Shown in pieces: positions 14,860 to 28,581 of a stretch of 64,000 nt of DNA (its first letter is position 1; the number at the start of each line of letters is the position of its first letter). A program made the position numbers and the translations under genes. A model generated the notes under the pieces. The model did not search any database and was not told the origin of the DNA. It worked only from the letters and a program-made list of their open reading frames with translations. This DNA comes from Eledone cirrhosa (taxonomy: Eukaryota): the NCBI GenBank assembly GCA_964016885.1, contig OZ024742.1, positions 328,972,001 to 329,036,000 of the forward strand. Direction: 5' to 3'.

Positions 14860-16307
14860 ATATCAATATATATAACACCGATGAGATACGTTATTAAGAA
14901 TACGCTAAAAGATCCAATACACAGTATGTACGATGTTCGGACTATATTGTAAAGATGTGGTGGCCCTCCGTCGGTTCCGAAAGCGAGTGGTCCAGTAGTT
15001 CGACCGACGGAACAGCCCGTTCGTGTAATTAATATCCAATTGACTGATCATTCCATAGACATGCGCACTCGTAGAGCTACTCTCAAAGTAATCCAGCGTA
15101 ACACAATGTGTGACAAATCATTTTGGACTGGGGCAACGTAAAACGTCTTGTTCACCAGTCACCGCCTAGAATGGAACTCATGACCTTCGGATCCCAATCA
15201 AAACAGCCTAGCCACTAAACCACGTCTCTTGACAATATGCATATAAGCCATCTGCGGTCCAAAAATATCTGCCTTTCGTTATGTTATGTCTTGTTTTCTA
15301 TCAATAGCACTCCTCTCTCATCCCCCGCCATCTGTAGTCTTTTAACCCGCTCTCTCATTTACCTACTTTCAATGTTTACATCTCCCTTCCTCTCTCTCTG
15401 TTGTATTCTATCAATGGCATCTCTTTATCTCTGATATTTTATCATTCTAGTGACATCCCATTCCACATGTCATAAGTCCACCCTACTGACAGTGACGTCA
15501 TCGAATATTTTCACTCACCCATGACATAACAATATATAATAGTCACACTCGCATAGATGTACGTAAATTCCTGTGATTGTGTGTGTACGAGAATTATTGT
15601 ATAGATATGCGCTGGAGGGTATGTGCCTGTGTGTCATATTGAGAGACTGAAAGTCTAGAGAGTTTAAGATTTAGAGAAACAGTCGCTTCTACAAATAATT
15701 ACACATTCACTCATATACACTTTCGCACACAGAGTAATGTACACACATACACAGTCATATATATGTGATAGTGTGTATTTGTGAATGTCTGTATGTATGT
15801 ATGTAAACGGGCATACACAAGCATAGAAAAATGACATGTATTTAAGAGGGACATCATAATTACTTTCAGTTATTTTTCATTAAACGTGATCATTAAATAT
15901 TCTTGAAAGTATGATTTATGTGAGTACAAGCCCGCGTCCGCACACACACACACACATATATATATATAAACATAGACACATTAGGTATATATCATATATA
16001 TATATATATATAAATATATATATATATAAACACAGACATATTATGTATATATCATATATATATATAAACACCCAAACACATTATATATATATATAAACAG
16101 ACTGTTATACAACCATAATTGTAGACACTGCTGCTATCTGGCTGCGAGAAGTCGTAAAATTTCCTGGCTACTGGGTAATATATAATGAAAGTGGCGGTAA
16201 TTCAAGTTCCATAACGTTGATATCCGACCGAAGTTGGTTAAATGTGCTTCGTGTTATTGGTGATGTTTTTAACTATGATATTTATTGACAATGTAAGTAC
16301 AAACATT

Positions 16308-16370
<63 letters not shown>

Positions 16371-17179
16371 CATACATAAGCAGACACTTGTTAGAAGTCA
16401 CCACCCTGGATAGACTAGATCCCTTAGCTATCCAGAACATCTGCCTCTTCCATGTATTCTACAACCGTCTTCTCTAAATATTTCGCGCTGAAATACTCGG
16501 ATGCAGTTCGGGTGTCGAAGAGTTTAAGAAAGATTCTACAGGCATGTGTCAACTGCCATTGCCTCTGGTCGACTTTAATCTTGTCAGTCAACATGAGAAG
16601 ATATATGATATACGTAAACTGCTTGCGCCCGTTGGATGTTCTACACCTCAAATTCAAATAGCCACCCTTTTCACACACTTTTAATCTGCATATTTGCAAA
16701 TTACTTTATGGGTACACATGCTTGTGGAATGGTCAACTACTTGCAAGTTGAGCTACTTTCACAAACATAGTATTCTGTATATCGCCCATATGAACACCCG
16801 TTGCGATAATGTGAACTTGAAAATGCCGGTGCAAAGAATATTTTGAAAGTAAGTTTATAGAAGTAGAAACCGTTATAGCAAAGACAGAAGAGGGAAATGG
16901 AAGAGTTACAGCAGCCGGCTGTAATGACTAATCCGTCCATGTGTAACACGATTACGTGTACTTCACAAGCTGTTTGATAAAAAGCTTCTCCTCACCATTT
17001 TTTAGTTGCGATAAATTGTTGCTGGGCAGTAATTTCATATCAACAAGTCGGAACAATGTGTGGATGGGAATGGGTGCAGAGATAGCTGGCTTACAACCTA
17101 AAGTTGCATAATTAAATGATTTACAGATTGTCCCCTCCCTACAAACAAAAACATAAAAGAAAAAAAGGAAAGAAAGAGT

Positions 17180-17280
17180 AGTTCAACTACTTTTCCAGAC
17201 ACTTTCAGCATCTCGGCGACTATCTCTGATGGTCCAGCAGCTTTAACATTCTTCATCCCCTTAATTGTTTCATTGACCTT
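17180..17280 (-). mobile_element. LINE (RTE-like) RT N-terminal fragment
   Basis: Minus-strand translation ETIKGMKNVKAAGPSEIVAEMLKVSGK resembles the conserved K-A-x-G-P region upstream of LINE RT domains. Confidence 0.55.
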
Positions 17281-17639
17281 ATAAGCAGTGGCGGACTAGC
17301 CAGGTTGCCAGGTTGCCCAATGGTGAGTAGGCGCCAGGGGGCCCACGGTTGCATTGCAAGTGCCTACAGTAGCATTGCAGGGCCCACTGAAGTATTTTAG
17401 AGGCTAAGAGAAAGAATAAAATTAAAAAAATAAATAAATAAAACAATTAAGCAAATCATTTGGTGAACCAATTCCCCAGGGAATTACTAGAAACCAAAAT
17501 ATACGAGAGTGCAAATATTTGGAATCAGTGGTTGTACATTCTACTAAATCTGAAGCTTAGTTTATTCATTCATGCATGCAAACATACATATATAGACTCA
17601 GACACAGAAGCATATATATATGTATATATATAGTGGTAG

Positions 17640-18775
17640 AACACTGGAAGGTAAAATCCATAGTGGTAGAGCACTCAGTCCATGGGACGAGTTAGGTAGA
17701 AGTGGTTATACAACAGTTAGTTCAGCATACCGAGAACAATTGTTTCACCTTAGCGGATCCTCAGCTCGTAATGGGCATGGTTATATGAACAGGAAGGACA
17801 ACCGTACGAACGCGCATGCACAGAAACCGCTCACTTCACACAGGCAATACTAGAATGCGTGCGAGAGGTGTAATTGAGATAACTGCGAAAGTCCGAAGAG
17901 TTTTTAGTTGATAAGAAAATTACAATGATTCAATCAGGAGCTTTTTAGTTATGCAATAGGTTTTTGGTGACGTGTGGACAACGTGTGAACAATTTATTCC
18001 TCGTGTGTTTAAGCAATCACTATTGCATAATCTCTTTAGAATAGTTATTCGTTCGTCAATACATTTCCCCTTGGACTTAGTGATCGCTTTCCATTGAATG
18101 GAGTAGTCTATACTTGAGTCCTTGAGGGACCATACGTGGCTCGCGAGTTTCGTGGATGAACGTCTGTCCGGATTAATAAAGGTCGACTGGTGGTTCAGGA
18201 AACGTTCCTTAAATCGGCCCTCCGCCATGCCGACATAGGATTTGACCTCCTGTGGTTGGTTTGGTCAGTTGGAATTGACCACAGCTTCATAAATTACAGC
18301 TGGTGTGTTGCATTGCTGTTGAAGGGGGCAAGCTTCGGGCTTACGGCAAGAGCACCCTGGTGGGGTGTTGCTCCTAGGGCTGCTGGTGATGTGGGCCTTC
18401 ATGTTCTTAGCGCAGGAGTATCCTAGTTTAACTTTGTGTCGGTTAAAGATGGAGCGGTATTTATGACCTATGGGAAAGTGTCTATCTAAGAGAGCTAGAA
18501 ATTTGTTTCCTACATTGGTCTTAACGTTGAGTGAGAAGGGAGGAGAGAACCGATAGTTTCTCTATTGTTGCGCTTACTTTTCCTATTGCTGTTGTTAAGA
18601 GTGGCAGAGTAAATGATAGGTTATGAGAAGCCGCTGTTAGCTAACGACGTGTTATAGTAGGGTGTCGCCCTGTCAAATATAGCCTTATTAGAGGAGAGGT
18701 TTGAGATTCTAGTACTGATATTATTTACGAAGTTTCTAAAAGCAGTATGAGGGTGGCATGAGTCCAGCGGCTTCT
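17640..18775 (-). mobile_element. 5'-truncated Penelope-like element: RT C-terminus, Cys-rich linker, GIY-YIG endonuclease and 3' pLTR; pseudogenised
   Basis: Minus-strand peptides HPHTAFRNFVNNISTRISNLSS...LANSGFS, FSPPFSLNVKTNVG...GYSCAKNM, CSCRKPEACPLQQQC-VIY...YVGMAEGRFKERFLNH...TKLASHVWSLK; contains stops and frameshifts. Confidence 0.9.
17731..17768 (-). ncRNA. Minimal type I hammerhead ribozyme in the Penelope pLTR
   Basis: CGAG-CTGAGGA-TCCGCTAAGGT-GAAA-CAATTG-TT-CTCG. Stem I CGAG/CTCG, palindromic stem III, downstream of and co-oriented with the GIY-YIG ORF. Confidence 0.8.
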
Positions 18776-19044
18776 CACAACCTATATATATATATATAAA
18801 TATATATATATATTTTGAGTGACTGTGAAAACCAAAGATCATTATTGAATGACTCTGGATTTCGCAAAATACATATTTTTTTTATTGGAGAAGGTCAAAA
18901 TTTGATTGCACTCTTTTGTTTCCACTCATGTATTTTTTGAAAATGTTATTTATTCATTATAAAAATTAAATGATAGAATTTTATATGTAGGTGGGCCCCT
19001 TTCATATCTGGCAACCAATATTTTTAGACCTAGTCCGCCACTGT

Positions 19045-19142
<98 letters not shown>

Positions 19143-19796
19143 TGTATATATGTAAAGTGAAAAATGGAATTTTATATATATATGTATATATATACAAGTT
19201 AATATGAATTAATATATATGATAAACACTAATACAATTATATAAGTGTTTGTATTGTAAATGACCAAGTTAGCTAAATTGAAAAATATTAATTATATTAA
19301 TACAGTTTGCCTGTCTCGATTTAAAATAATAAATCAATAAAAACAAACCCATATTGGCAATAGCCGTGGTACTTGGACAAATTTAAATTTCAAAATCCAA
19401 ATAAATTTCGATAATTGAAAAAGTGAAAAAATACCATCTTCAGTTCTCATCAGCAAGTACCCAGAAAATTGGTATGTTTCACCTCAAAATATTTAAGAAG
19501 ACTGATCGACGCACATGGTTTCTCAGTGTCTAGCCACCGCATACTCGTGCTGCTAGAAATAACAGCCGTTTTTATGGGAGAGGTGAAACATTATGTAATT
19601 TTTGAAAATGTTACTTATTCATTATAAAAAATCCTGGCAACCAATATTTTTAGACCCAGTCCGCACTGCTTATGATGCTATATCTTTTGTATATTCATAT
19701 ACATTTATACATATATATGTATATATATATAAAAATATATATATATATGTTATGGAATACTGTTAGCTTCTCGCTAAAACAATTTCTATACCTTTC

Positions 19797-19860
<64 letters not shown>

Positions 19861-19926
19861 ATACTTTGGGAAGGGGTCATGTTGCAATTTTCAGATAAAG
19901 AATCTTGGTAAACAAATTCATAAACG

Positions 19927-19966
<40 letters not shown>

Positions 19967-20121
19967 ATATATACAATATATACATATATATGTATAAGTG
20001 TATATAAATATACAAAAGAGATAGCATCATAAGCAGTGCGGACTGGGTCTATATATGTGTGTGTGTATGTTGTATTCATACATATATATATGCTATGGCT
20101 TTTTCAGAAGCATGTCACAAA

Positions 20122-20607
20122 TAGAACGAGGTCATTAAGCATGGTTTGGACGCTGCAGGCTTCCCTTCCCAGCTCGAGCCGGTGGAGCTGGATCGAGAGG
20201 ACGGCAAAAGGCCAGATGGCATGACCATCTTCCCGTTCCGCGGTGGCAAACCCCTCTTCTGGGATGCCACTTGCACCGACACTTTCTGCAGCCGCAACCT
20301 GGTGCAGTCTGCGACTGACCCAGGTTCTGCTGCACGTCGGGCTGAGGGGGCCAAACTCCTCAAATACCGGTCGCTCTCCGACAGGCTTGCGGTCGTTCCC
20401 CTGGTAGTGGAAACCTCTGGTGTCCTCGAACCCAGGGCTAGCTCCTTACTCACCACCATAGGCGCTGAGCTGGCCAGCCGTAGGTGTGAGCCCCGCGAGC
20501 TGGAGTGGCTTTTCCAGCGCGTCTCCCTTGCCGTCCTCCGGGGAAACGCCTTCTCCATTCTGTCCGCCGAGGCTGTGGGTGGGCCTCATTGCGTACCATT
20601 ACATTAG
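20122..20607 (+). mobile_element. 3' end of an RLE-type non-LTR retrotransposon (CRE-like); restriction-like endonuclease domain
   Basis: GC-rich open frame with KRPDG...WDAT...AEGAKLLKY...PLVVETSG...FQRVSLAVLRGNA, the typical motif series of CRE-clade RLE domains; 5' truncated. Confidence 0.85.
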
Positions 20608-22379
20608 TTGAATACCATTATTTCATCTCATACAAACTAAATATAAATTTAAGTCGTAGACTAAAATTCTATTTAGGAAACCGAATGTTTCTCGGCTTCA
20701 GAGTTAAGAATAAAGCAAATAAAATAGAACGAAAAAGGAACGAATTTATTCGTGTTGATTATATTCTCATCATTTCCCATATGGAACTACTGAATAGTAG
20801 GAAAAAACCGAGGAAAAGAAGAGCCGTAGCAAAAGACCCAGATACTGCACAGAATCTCTGAAATCTAACAATGTTGAAAGAATCCTCGAAGAACAGGAAT
20901 AAATGGCTAGAAGTGTGTTGGCCCAAAGATGTAATAGGTAGAGAGGAGCAAAGGAAGAAAATGGAACAATTAAAATGAACGAGACACAATTACACAAACG
21001 TCATATTGCCTTACCAATCCTCGTACGGGAATGTAGTTCACACTATTTAACATGGAGGGTACTTCATGTACTTACCGGTTCGTGCAACAGAAATTAAGTA
21101 TTTCTGCTCATATAATGTGTGGTTGAGAAAATAAGGAAATTAGATAGACAGACATATAGATAGGGTGGAGGGAAGTAACCTGCGTCTGTTCGGTACCAAA
21201 TCGTAGCTAAAAAGGAAAATATGACGTAGGGCAGCGGAAGTGGTAGCAGGCGGAAGTCACAAAAATTAGCGACGGGAAGATGGGAAAGAGAAAATGAGAG
21301 GCAAGAACTAGAAATTGAGAAAAAGAGAGAAGAAAATGAGGATGAGAGAGAAAGGATGAAAGTAATGACAGATCAATACGAAACCTGTTCCTATCCACCG
21401 CCACGAAATTTTCTGATACTGAGATACATCGATCCATGAAAATATTCGGCTCTATTTAAAAAGTAAATAAGCTTCCAGACTTTTTTTATACCTGCATTGC
21501 TTCTATCTCAACTGAATGTTTGCATGTGTTGCCATTATGTCTTTCTATATTTAGAGACAATATTTGCTTGTAATTTTATAGAAATATTTCTCCGCTTCCA
21601 CAGATTGATATATTTCAGAAATCCCGCTTACGAGTAAATTGTTTGCTTACAATTTTAATATGTGCTAATAATAATGATATACTCTTCGAGTTTACACACA
21701 CACACACGCACTTACACACAAACAGATATTATCGAGCCGTCTATGGATTTTGATCTTTCCATTTATTGTTACTACATACACACACACTCATATATATATA
21801 TATATATATATATATAGTAAGATAGAGATACAGTGAGAGAGTGTGTGTGAGTTTAAATGTCAAATGTAATGAAAATATGAATGTGTACTTGTGTCATTAT
21901 CTTTGCACGTATGCATGTGTTTGCGCATATATATGTGTGTGTGAGTGTATATATGTAAGTATTTATGTGTCAGATGCTGAAAATGACTTGATCTTTCAGT
22001 CTTTGAAGTGTTTCGCTAGGAAATGTCAACTATCTCTTGTTTTTCATTCTTAATCTCCGCCTAACTTTCTCTCTCTCTCTCTCTCCCTCTTTGTATTAGT
22101 CTATATCTCATTATCTCTCTCTGTATATGAGTTATATTCTCTCTTCTTCTCATTGTTATCCTCATTCATCCTTTCACCATTTCACTCCATAAGTTCTCCT
22201 CATCTTTTCATCACTGTTCTACACCCTCTCAAAATCTTTTTGTCCTCAGGTGCCACTCTTTCGTGTAACGACTTCTAACGATGTAGGATTTGGTTGAGAG
22301 ATGATATATGGAATGCTAGAGGGGGAGTGGGTAGCAATTCTTTATAGAGTGAAAGTGAAAGTAACATAAGGTCTTGACA

Positions 22380-22410
<31 letters not shown>

Positions 22411-22474
22411 TGTTTCTATTTTTAGGCACAAGGCCAGCAGTTACCCAGTACATTACTATAATAATAATAATAAT

Positions 22475-23612
22475 GATTTCTTTATTAACCACAAGGGTTT
22501 ACACAATGTAGACATTAAGGACAGTACAGGACAATACAGGACGGTACAAAAGGGTATTTCTGTGTGTAAAAAACAAAAAAAACAGAGGTTGTAATAATAG
22601 AACAATGAAAAAATTCCCCAATAGGGGGGAGACTTCCGAGGGCCATCGTGCAGAAAGCCCATTAAAAAGCCACGGTGACCCTGACCACCACGGCAATTGT
22701 CCTCTCCCAGTTTTCCACCTTCAATTTAGAGGCATATACTCAGAGTAGCTCCACTCGCTCGGGCCATTCTTGCCTCTCTCACCCATCTTTCAACAAAAAG
22801 CTGGGAAGAGAGCACCTCCCACTCTACCCGGATTTTCGTTTTCAAATGAAATTGGAAAAAGGTATTCAGGGCATCACCGAAGAGGTAAGTGCTCGTCTTC
22901 AGCCCTTTCTTCGTGTCCACCATACTATCTCTTTCGCCATGGCCACCAGACAGATAAAAACTGCCTGCCCTTCCCGGCTAAAGAAAGAGAGTGGGGCAAT
23001 CCTCACGATGGCCTCAGCTGATAGTCGGATCCGTTCTACACGCGACAGCAGGAGTTCGACATAAACCCACAAGTCAGCAATGCTCGGACACTGGACGAGT
23101 GCATGCAGGACAGTTTCTTCGCCCTGCGCCCATCTCGGACATGCCCGGCTGACGGCACCTCCATGCCTGTAGAGTTTATCCCGAACTGGTAAAGCTCCTC
23201 GGTACCACTGCCAGGCCAGGGATTTCTGGAAGTTGTCCATAGGCCCCGGCCCGAAAGTTCTTCCAAAGAGATTGGCTAGTTGATTTTCGTCGACGCCTAG
23301 AGTTTCCCCAAGTACGTCGTCGCTCTTCCTCTCCACTAATCCTCTATAGAACGCCAAGGTGGAGTTTCCACCGATAACATTGCCCGATTGGACGAAGGCT
23401 GTGAGCGCCTGAAGACATCCCAGTCTCCAAGCGCCCCTCTCGGTCTCCGCTTGACCCAGGACTGCAGCTCCGTCAAGGAGATGAGCTGGGGAAAGACGCG
23501 TCTAGCAAACGGCGACCACACCTGATCACCGTCGAGGAAGAGGTGGAGATGTCGTAGCCTGAGCGCGTGTCTGCGCATCATTAGCCACGGCATGCCCAGC
23601 CCTCCACGTAGC
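22475..23612 (-). mobile_element. 3' part of a Tx1/L1-like LINE ORF2 (zf-RVT region) plus 3' UTR
   Basis: GGLGMP...; QKSLAWQWYRGALPVRDKL...CPR...EETVLHALVQCP...LW motif; frameshifted; ends in an ATT-repeat tail. Confidence 0.85.
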
Positions 23613-23639
23613 GAATAATAATAATAATGAGCAAGTATA

Positions 23640-23830
23640 ATTGTTTCTACTTTAGGCACAAGGCCAGCAATTCACCAGTGCATTACTGGTACTTTATTTT
23701 ATCGACCCCGTAAGGATGAAAGGCAAAGTCAACCTCGGCGGGATTTGAACTCAGATCGTAAAGGGACGTAACTATGCTGGAAAGCATGGCGTCCGACCCT
23801 CTACCGATACTGCCAATCCACCGCCGTTTC
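23640..23830 (-). mobile_element. Full-length SINE with 16-bp TSD
   Basis: Consensus SINE flanked on both sides by TAATGAGCAAGTATAA. Confidence 0.9.
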
Positions 23831-23831
23831 T

Positions 23832-23985
23832 AATGAGCAAGTATAATGACCTGGAGATAGAAATTGAAAAAATGTGGAAATTGAGAACTAAAACAACACC
23901 AGTGGTTGTAGGCGCTCTATGAATGATACCTAATGGTCTAATGATTACTTATCGCAAATCCCAGGAAACCCGCGTATAGGATAAT
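23832..23985 (+). mobile_element. R4/Dong-like RLE retrotransposon fragment
   Basis: Translation KYNDLEIEIEKMWKLRTKTTPVVVGAL* matches the KYxDL...W...PVVxGALG motif of R4-type endonuclease domains. Confidence 0.65.
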
Positions 23986-24245
23986 TATAATAATAAGAAG
24001 AATTGTTTCTACCTTTGACACAAGGCCAGCAATTATCCAGTGTATTACTGGTACTTTATTTTATCGACGCCATAAGGATGAAAGGCAAAGTTAACCTCGG
24101 CGGGATTCGAACTCAGACCATAAAGGGCCGTAACTCTTCGCATAATAATAAGATGAAGACGAAGAAAAAGCGAAGACGAACAACACAAACTACAAACTTA
24201 TTTTAATATTGTTAAAATAATATAGAGAACTACAACACCTCAACA

Positions 24246-24295
<50 letters not shown>

Positions 24296-25720
24296 GCACA
24301 CAAACACACATACATACTTCCTCATTCACGCAAACATACACATACGCACACACGAACACAATCAATGGATAACTTCAGTTGAAAAACTGTTTTAGAATAC
24401 TCACAATATAATAACAACAACCACTCTAATGATTAACAGCACAAGCACACACACACACACACACGCACACACAAACAAACATCCACACACTCACATGGTC
24501 TTGAACTAACAGTGACTTTCTTTTTTTACTCACCAACATAGTCATCATTTTATATCCGCTTCTCATACTTGAATATCTATGGAGGGCTGTTAGGGTCTGT
24601 GACTTGACTTGGAAGAAAACCACTCTTTGCACATACATCCCATACATATTTTTTACGGCTGGATACTCTTCGTAATGCCAAGCACTTTAGAGGGTGTGTT
24701 GGTGGAATCTTATGGTGGCACCAGAATTACTACCTTACAAATTATACGTGTTGCATTTTATAGGGATAGCAACACTACAGATGCTGTCATATACTCGACA
24801 TGACTGAATAGTACTCTCTACTGTGAGGAGCCCTTGAATTAATATAAAATAAATCATACATATTCATATGTATTTCAACCTAAAACATGGTCGACTGATT
24901 AAGAATTACTCTTTGCAATACAATCTTGCCGGTTTCAATCTCACAGCCTTCGGTTTCAATCCTACTGCGTAGAAACCACGCTCGAATATAGTTTGCTCTA
25001 GGCGTATGTCGACTAATGATGTTGCGTGAATGTTTCATGATGAAATATATGTAGAAGTCCAAATGTAACGGAACAAGGCTGATTGGTTGAGAAGTTCGTT
25101 TCTGCCACATCAATGAACAATTGCATTAGTGCGTGTGTTTGTCTGTATATATGTGTCTTTATATCGATTATCCTGAATGTCTCATTGCTTATCTGTATGT
25201 GTATGTGTTGGTGGATGGTTAAGACGTTCGCTTCGCAATCAAGAAGCCCAGTTTTAGATCCAACTTTTGTGGAATTTTAGGCATGTGCAATTTACTATAG
25301 TTTCAGGGCAACCAACGCATTAAGAATGAAATTGAATAGGCAGAAACTGCGTGGAAGACTGTCGAATGCACTGAATATGTTATTCAAAGGCAAGCTCCCT
25401 CATTCACTGAATTACGTTCTTCCCTCCGAAAGAATTTCAAAACTTCCCAAAGCTTGGGTAGATCATATAGACAAGTTTACACTAAAAGATGTTCGTATAA
25501 CTTACCATTTGAGAGGAAATCAATTGTTAGAGATCGTTTAGCTTAATGGAAAGAATACTCAGCCGGAAATTTAGAGATCTGTCGTTGAACGATTCGTGGG
25601 GGTTGCCGATCACTTTTGTCAACCCATGGGGGTTTTGTGTCCGATTTTCAAAGGTGCTATCTACATATATAAGGTGTTATTCTATATATATATATATATA
25701 TAAGTTTTAATATAGATGAG

Positions 25721-25947
25721 ATTCTACAGGACTAGAACTGTTTCATTTTGGCAGTATCGGTAGAGTGTCGGACGCCATGCTTTCCAGCATAGTTACGTTC
25801 CCTTACGATCTGAGTTCAAATCCCGCCGAGGTTGACTTTGCCTTTCATCCTTACGGGGTCGATAAAATAAAGTACCAGTAATGCACTCGGTAATTGCTGG
25901 CCTTGTGCCTAAAGTAGAAACAATTATTTAGAAATCATCAGGAATCT
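25721..25947 (-). ncRNA. Hammerhead motif interrupted by a SINE (25749-25927, + strand)
   Basis: With the SINE removed, the minus strand reads ATTC-CTGATGA-TTTCTAA..AAAAT-GAAA-CAG-TTCTAGTC-CTG-TA-GAAT. Confidence 0.7.
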
Positions 25948-26190
25948 GGGTATCAAAACATAAGTATGGTATTTATAGGTCTCTTCAAGTGGTAGGAGAG
26001 GGTGGGGAGTGGGATGGGTGTAGGCCATTGGTTGATAGAAAAGGGAATTCATTAAAAGCTAATTCTTCAAAGCTATAGTTTATTTTTAGAGTAACAAAGG
26101 CAGAAAGAATTCTATAAACAAGTTCAGGATGGGGTGCCACTCCTTATTTTTATATATATATATGTATATATGTACGTATATATGTATTAA

Positions 26191-26284
<94 letters not shown>

Positions 26285-26533
26285 CTAGCTTTGTCTTTCA
26301 TCTTTACTGAGTTATAAAACGGACTTGGGTCAATTTAAACACTGGGGTCGATCTAAACGACTTTCTCTTCCCTTTCAAATTGTTAGCCATGTTATGCCAA
26401 ATTTAAAAACAATTATTTACGTATAAAATGTAAATTGACTCGAAATGAAAGCCAATGCAGTCATTGGCGGGGGTTGAAGTCGGAGGTCATATAACAGGGA
26501 AAGAAACAGCAGAACGCTTTCTGTATGACGTAC

Positions 26534-26666
26534 GGAAAATTCTGCCATTTTGGCGCCTATAATTATGTATGGTCCCGTAACTCCTAATAGAGTCTTAGGG
26601 GTGCCGTATTGACATACGGCGTTTCTTGCACATTTTAAGCCTGGTGGAGCCCAACAGTCTCCAGTC
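26534..26666 (-). CDS. Candidate internal coding exon (TGDCWAPPGLKCARNAVCQYGTPKTLLGVTGPYIIIGAKMAEFS)
   Basis: Bounded by ttcag| and |gtacgt on the minus strand; open, Cys-containing, non-repetitive. Family not recognised. Confidence 0.4.
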
Positions 26667-27282
26667 CTGAATACAGCAGATTTCTTCCAGAGTAAGTTAG
26701 AAAGTGAGAGAGAAGAAATGAGAACGAGATATAGAGGAAGAATCGACCCCAATACTAGACTGGTAATTTTTTTTATCGACCTCGAAAGGATGAAAGGCAA
26801 ATTTGACCTCTGCGGGATTTAGAAAGTTGGATAGAATGCCATAAAGCATTCTATCCGACTTTCTAAGGATCTGCCAATTCGCCGCCTATCTATAATTATA
26901 AAGAATAATTAAACATTACTGAAATATAGAGGTTGTATATTCAATGGCTTCTATTCCATAAGTTGTTTAATTTATCTTTTGGAGTTTATCCAAATTTTCT
27001 GAGCAAATATGTTTCTAAGAACAAAACAATGGATATCAATCGTAGATAAATATCTCTTATTGGATTATTATTGGATCTTTTTTTTTATTTTTAGATAAAC
27101 CATGAAAAAAAAAACTAGAGTAGCACTGGCCAGATCTATATGCTTTGCAACCGCCTTGTCTGGCATTTAGTCACACCACGCGGTACATGTGCAAGTGTCT
27201 TCTACTATAGCCATATGAGAAACTGAAGTTATACAATACCCTCTTGTATACACAGGCACTTCCCCCCCCCCACATACACACA

Positions 27283-27325
<43 letters not shown>

Positions 27326-28021
27326 CAATACGATGTTTGTATATAATTTCTCTGAAGTCGGCACAAAGTGATCGATAACACAAGTACTGGATCGATATAA
27401 TTGATTTTAAGATAGTGCCCTAATATAAACGCAATGTAATTACTGAAAGCACAGTAAAAGATTACAAGGAAAAAATCATAAGAAACGAAAGGATAAAGAA
27501 CGTATTACCACTGATCTGGCTAAAACAAATAACACAATTCTTGATGAAAATATTAGATCTACTAAACATGATGTGTAATATAGTTCTCTTCATCAACAAC
27601 TGTGTTGGAACTTCGTCGGTTCTGATGAAGAGTCTTCCAGTTGTTTGAACAAGCAAACAACTCTTTGTGAAATTAATGTTGCTGGGGCCTCTACAGACAC
27701 GTATACCCGTCATGTAGGTCTGAGATTAAGTGTGGTATAAGGTGTGTCTTTGTTGGCGTTTTGGATTACAGGTACAACTCATTTATGGCAGCTGAGTCGG
27801 CTAGACTTAAGGAACGTTGATTAAAGTGCCTGGCTCAAGGACAACACAAACTCGGAATGTATGCGGAACAGCCTAACTGGTAAACCCAGCTTCTTCAAAA
27901 ACTCTATCTAGTGATATGCTAACCAAATACGGTAACCAGAAATCTCCCAGATTTTTTCGGTTATCAGAGTAGTGTAAGAACGTAGTTTGGCTTTGGTTCA
28001 AATCAATGGCAACTACTTCAG

Positions 28022-28093
<72 letters not shown>

Positions 28094-28501
28094 TATATAT
28101 ATGTATATAAAGAGAGAGAGAGAGAAAGAGAGAGATAGAGAGAGAGAGAGAGAGCAGGAGATCAGGAGAGTAGAGGTTATTGCAGAAAATGAGATATTCC
28201 TAACAGCATATCGGAATACATGTCAACAAAAGTACAACTGTTCATTTATCTTTCAGCCTGCGTGAGAGCTTTTTACTATAATGGTTCAACAAATTTTGTA
28301 AGTAATTTGTTTATTAGGGTGAAAATCAAAATGATCTAAGCAAAGGTATGGTTGTGTGATAAATGATTTCAATTTACAATCATTTAGATCCAGTTCATTG
28401 CCCATGCGTGCCCTTTTGGACACGTGTGTTCTACTGTAGCCTCGCGTTGAATAATGCCCTGAGATTGGTATTTGGTAGACAGAAACTGCAAAAAACTGTC
28501 G

Positions 28502-28581
<80 letters not shown>

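Larger units (their letters stand above)
17286..19668. mobile_element. Non-autonomous hAT-like DNA transposon with two right ends, hosting a Penelope insertion
   Basis: Left TIR CAGTGGCGGACTAG at 17286. Right TIRs CTAGTCCGCCACTG (19030-19043) and CCAGTCCGCACTG (ends 19668). Flanks CTTATAAG / CTTATGAT give a 6/8 TSD match for the outer end. Confidence 0.7.

Noticed and set aside
18265-18267. In-frame TGA inside the Penelope GIY-YIG frame as possible selenocysteine (reported for some Naiad elements)
   Set aside because: It lies in the variable loop between VIY and YVG, not at an evident conserved Cys, and the copy has other disabling lesions.
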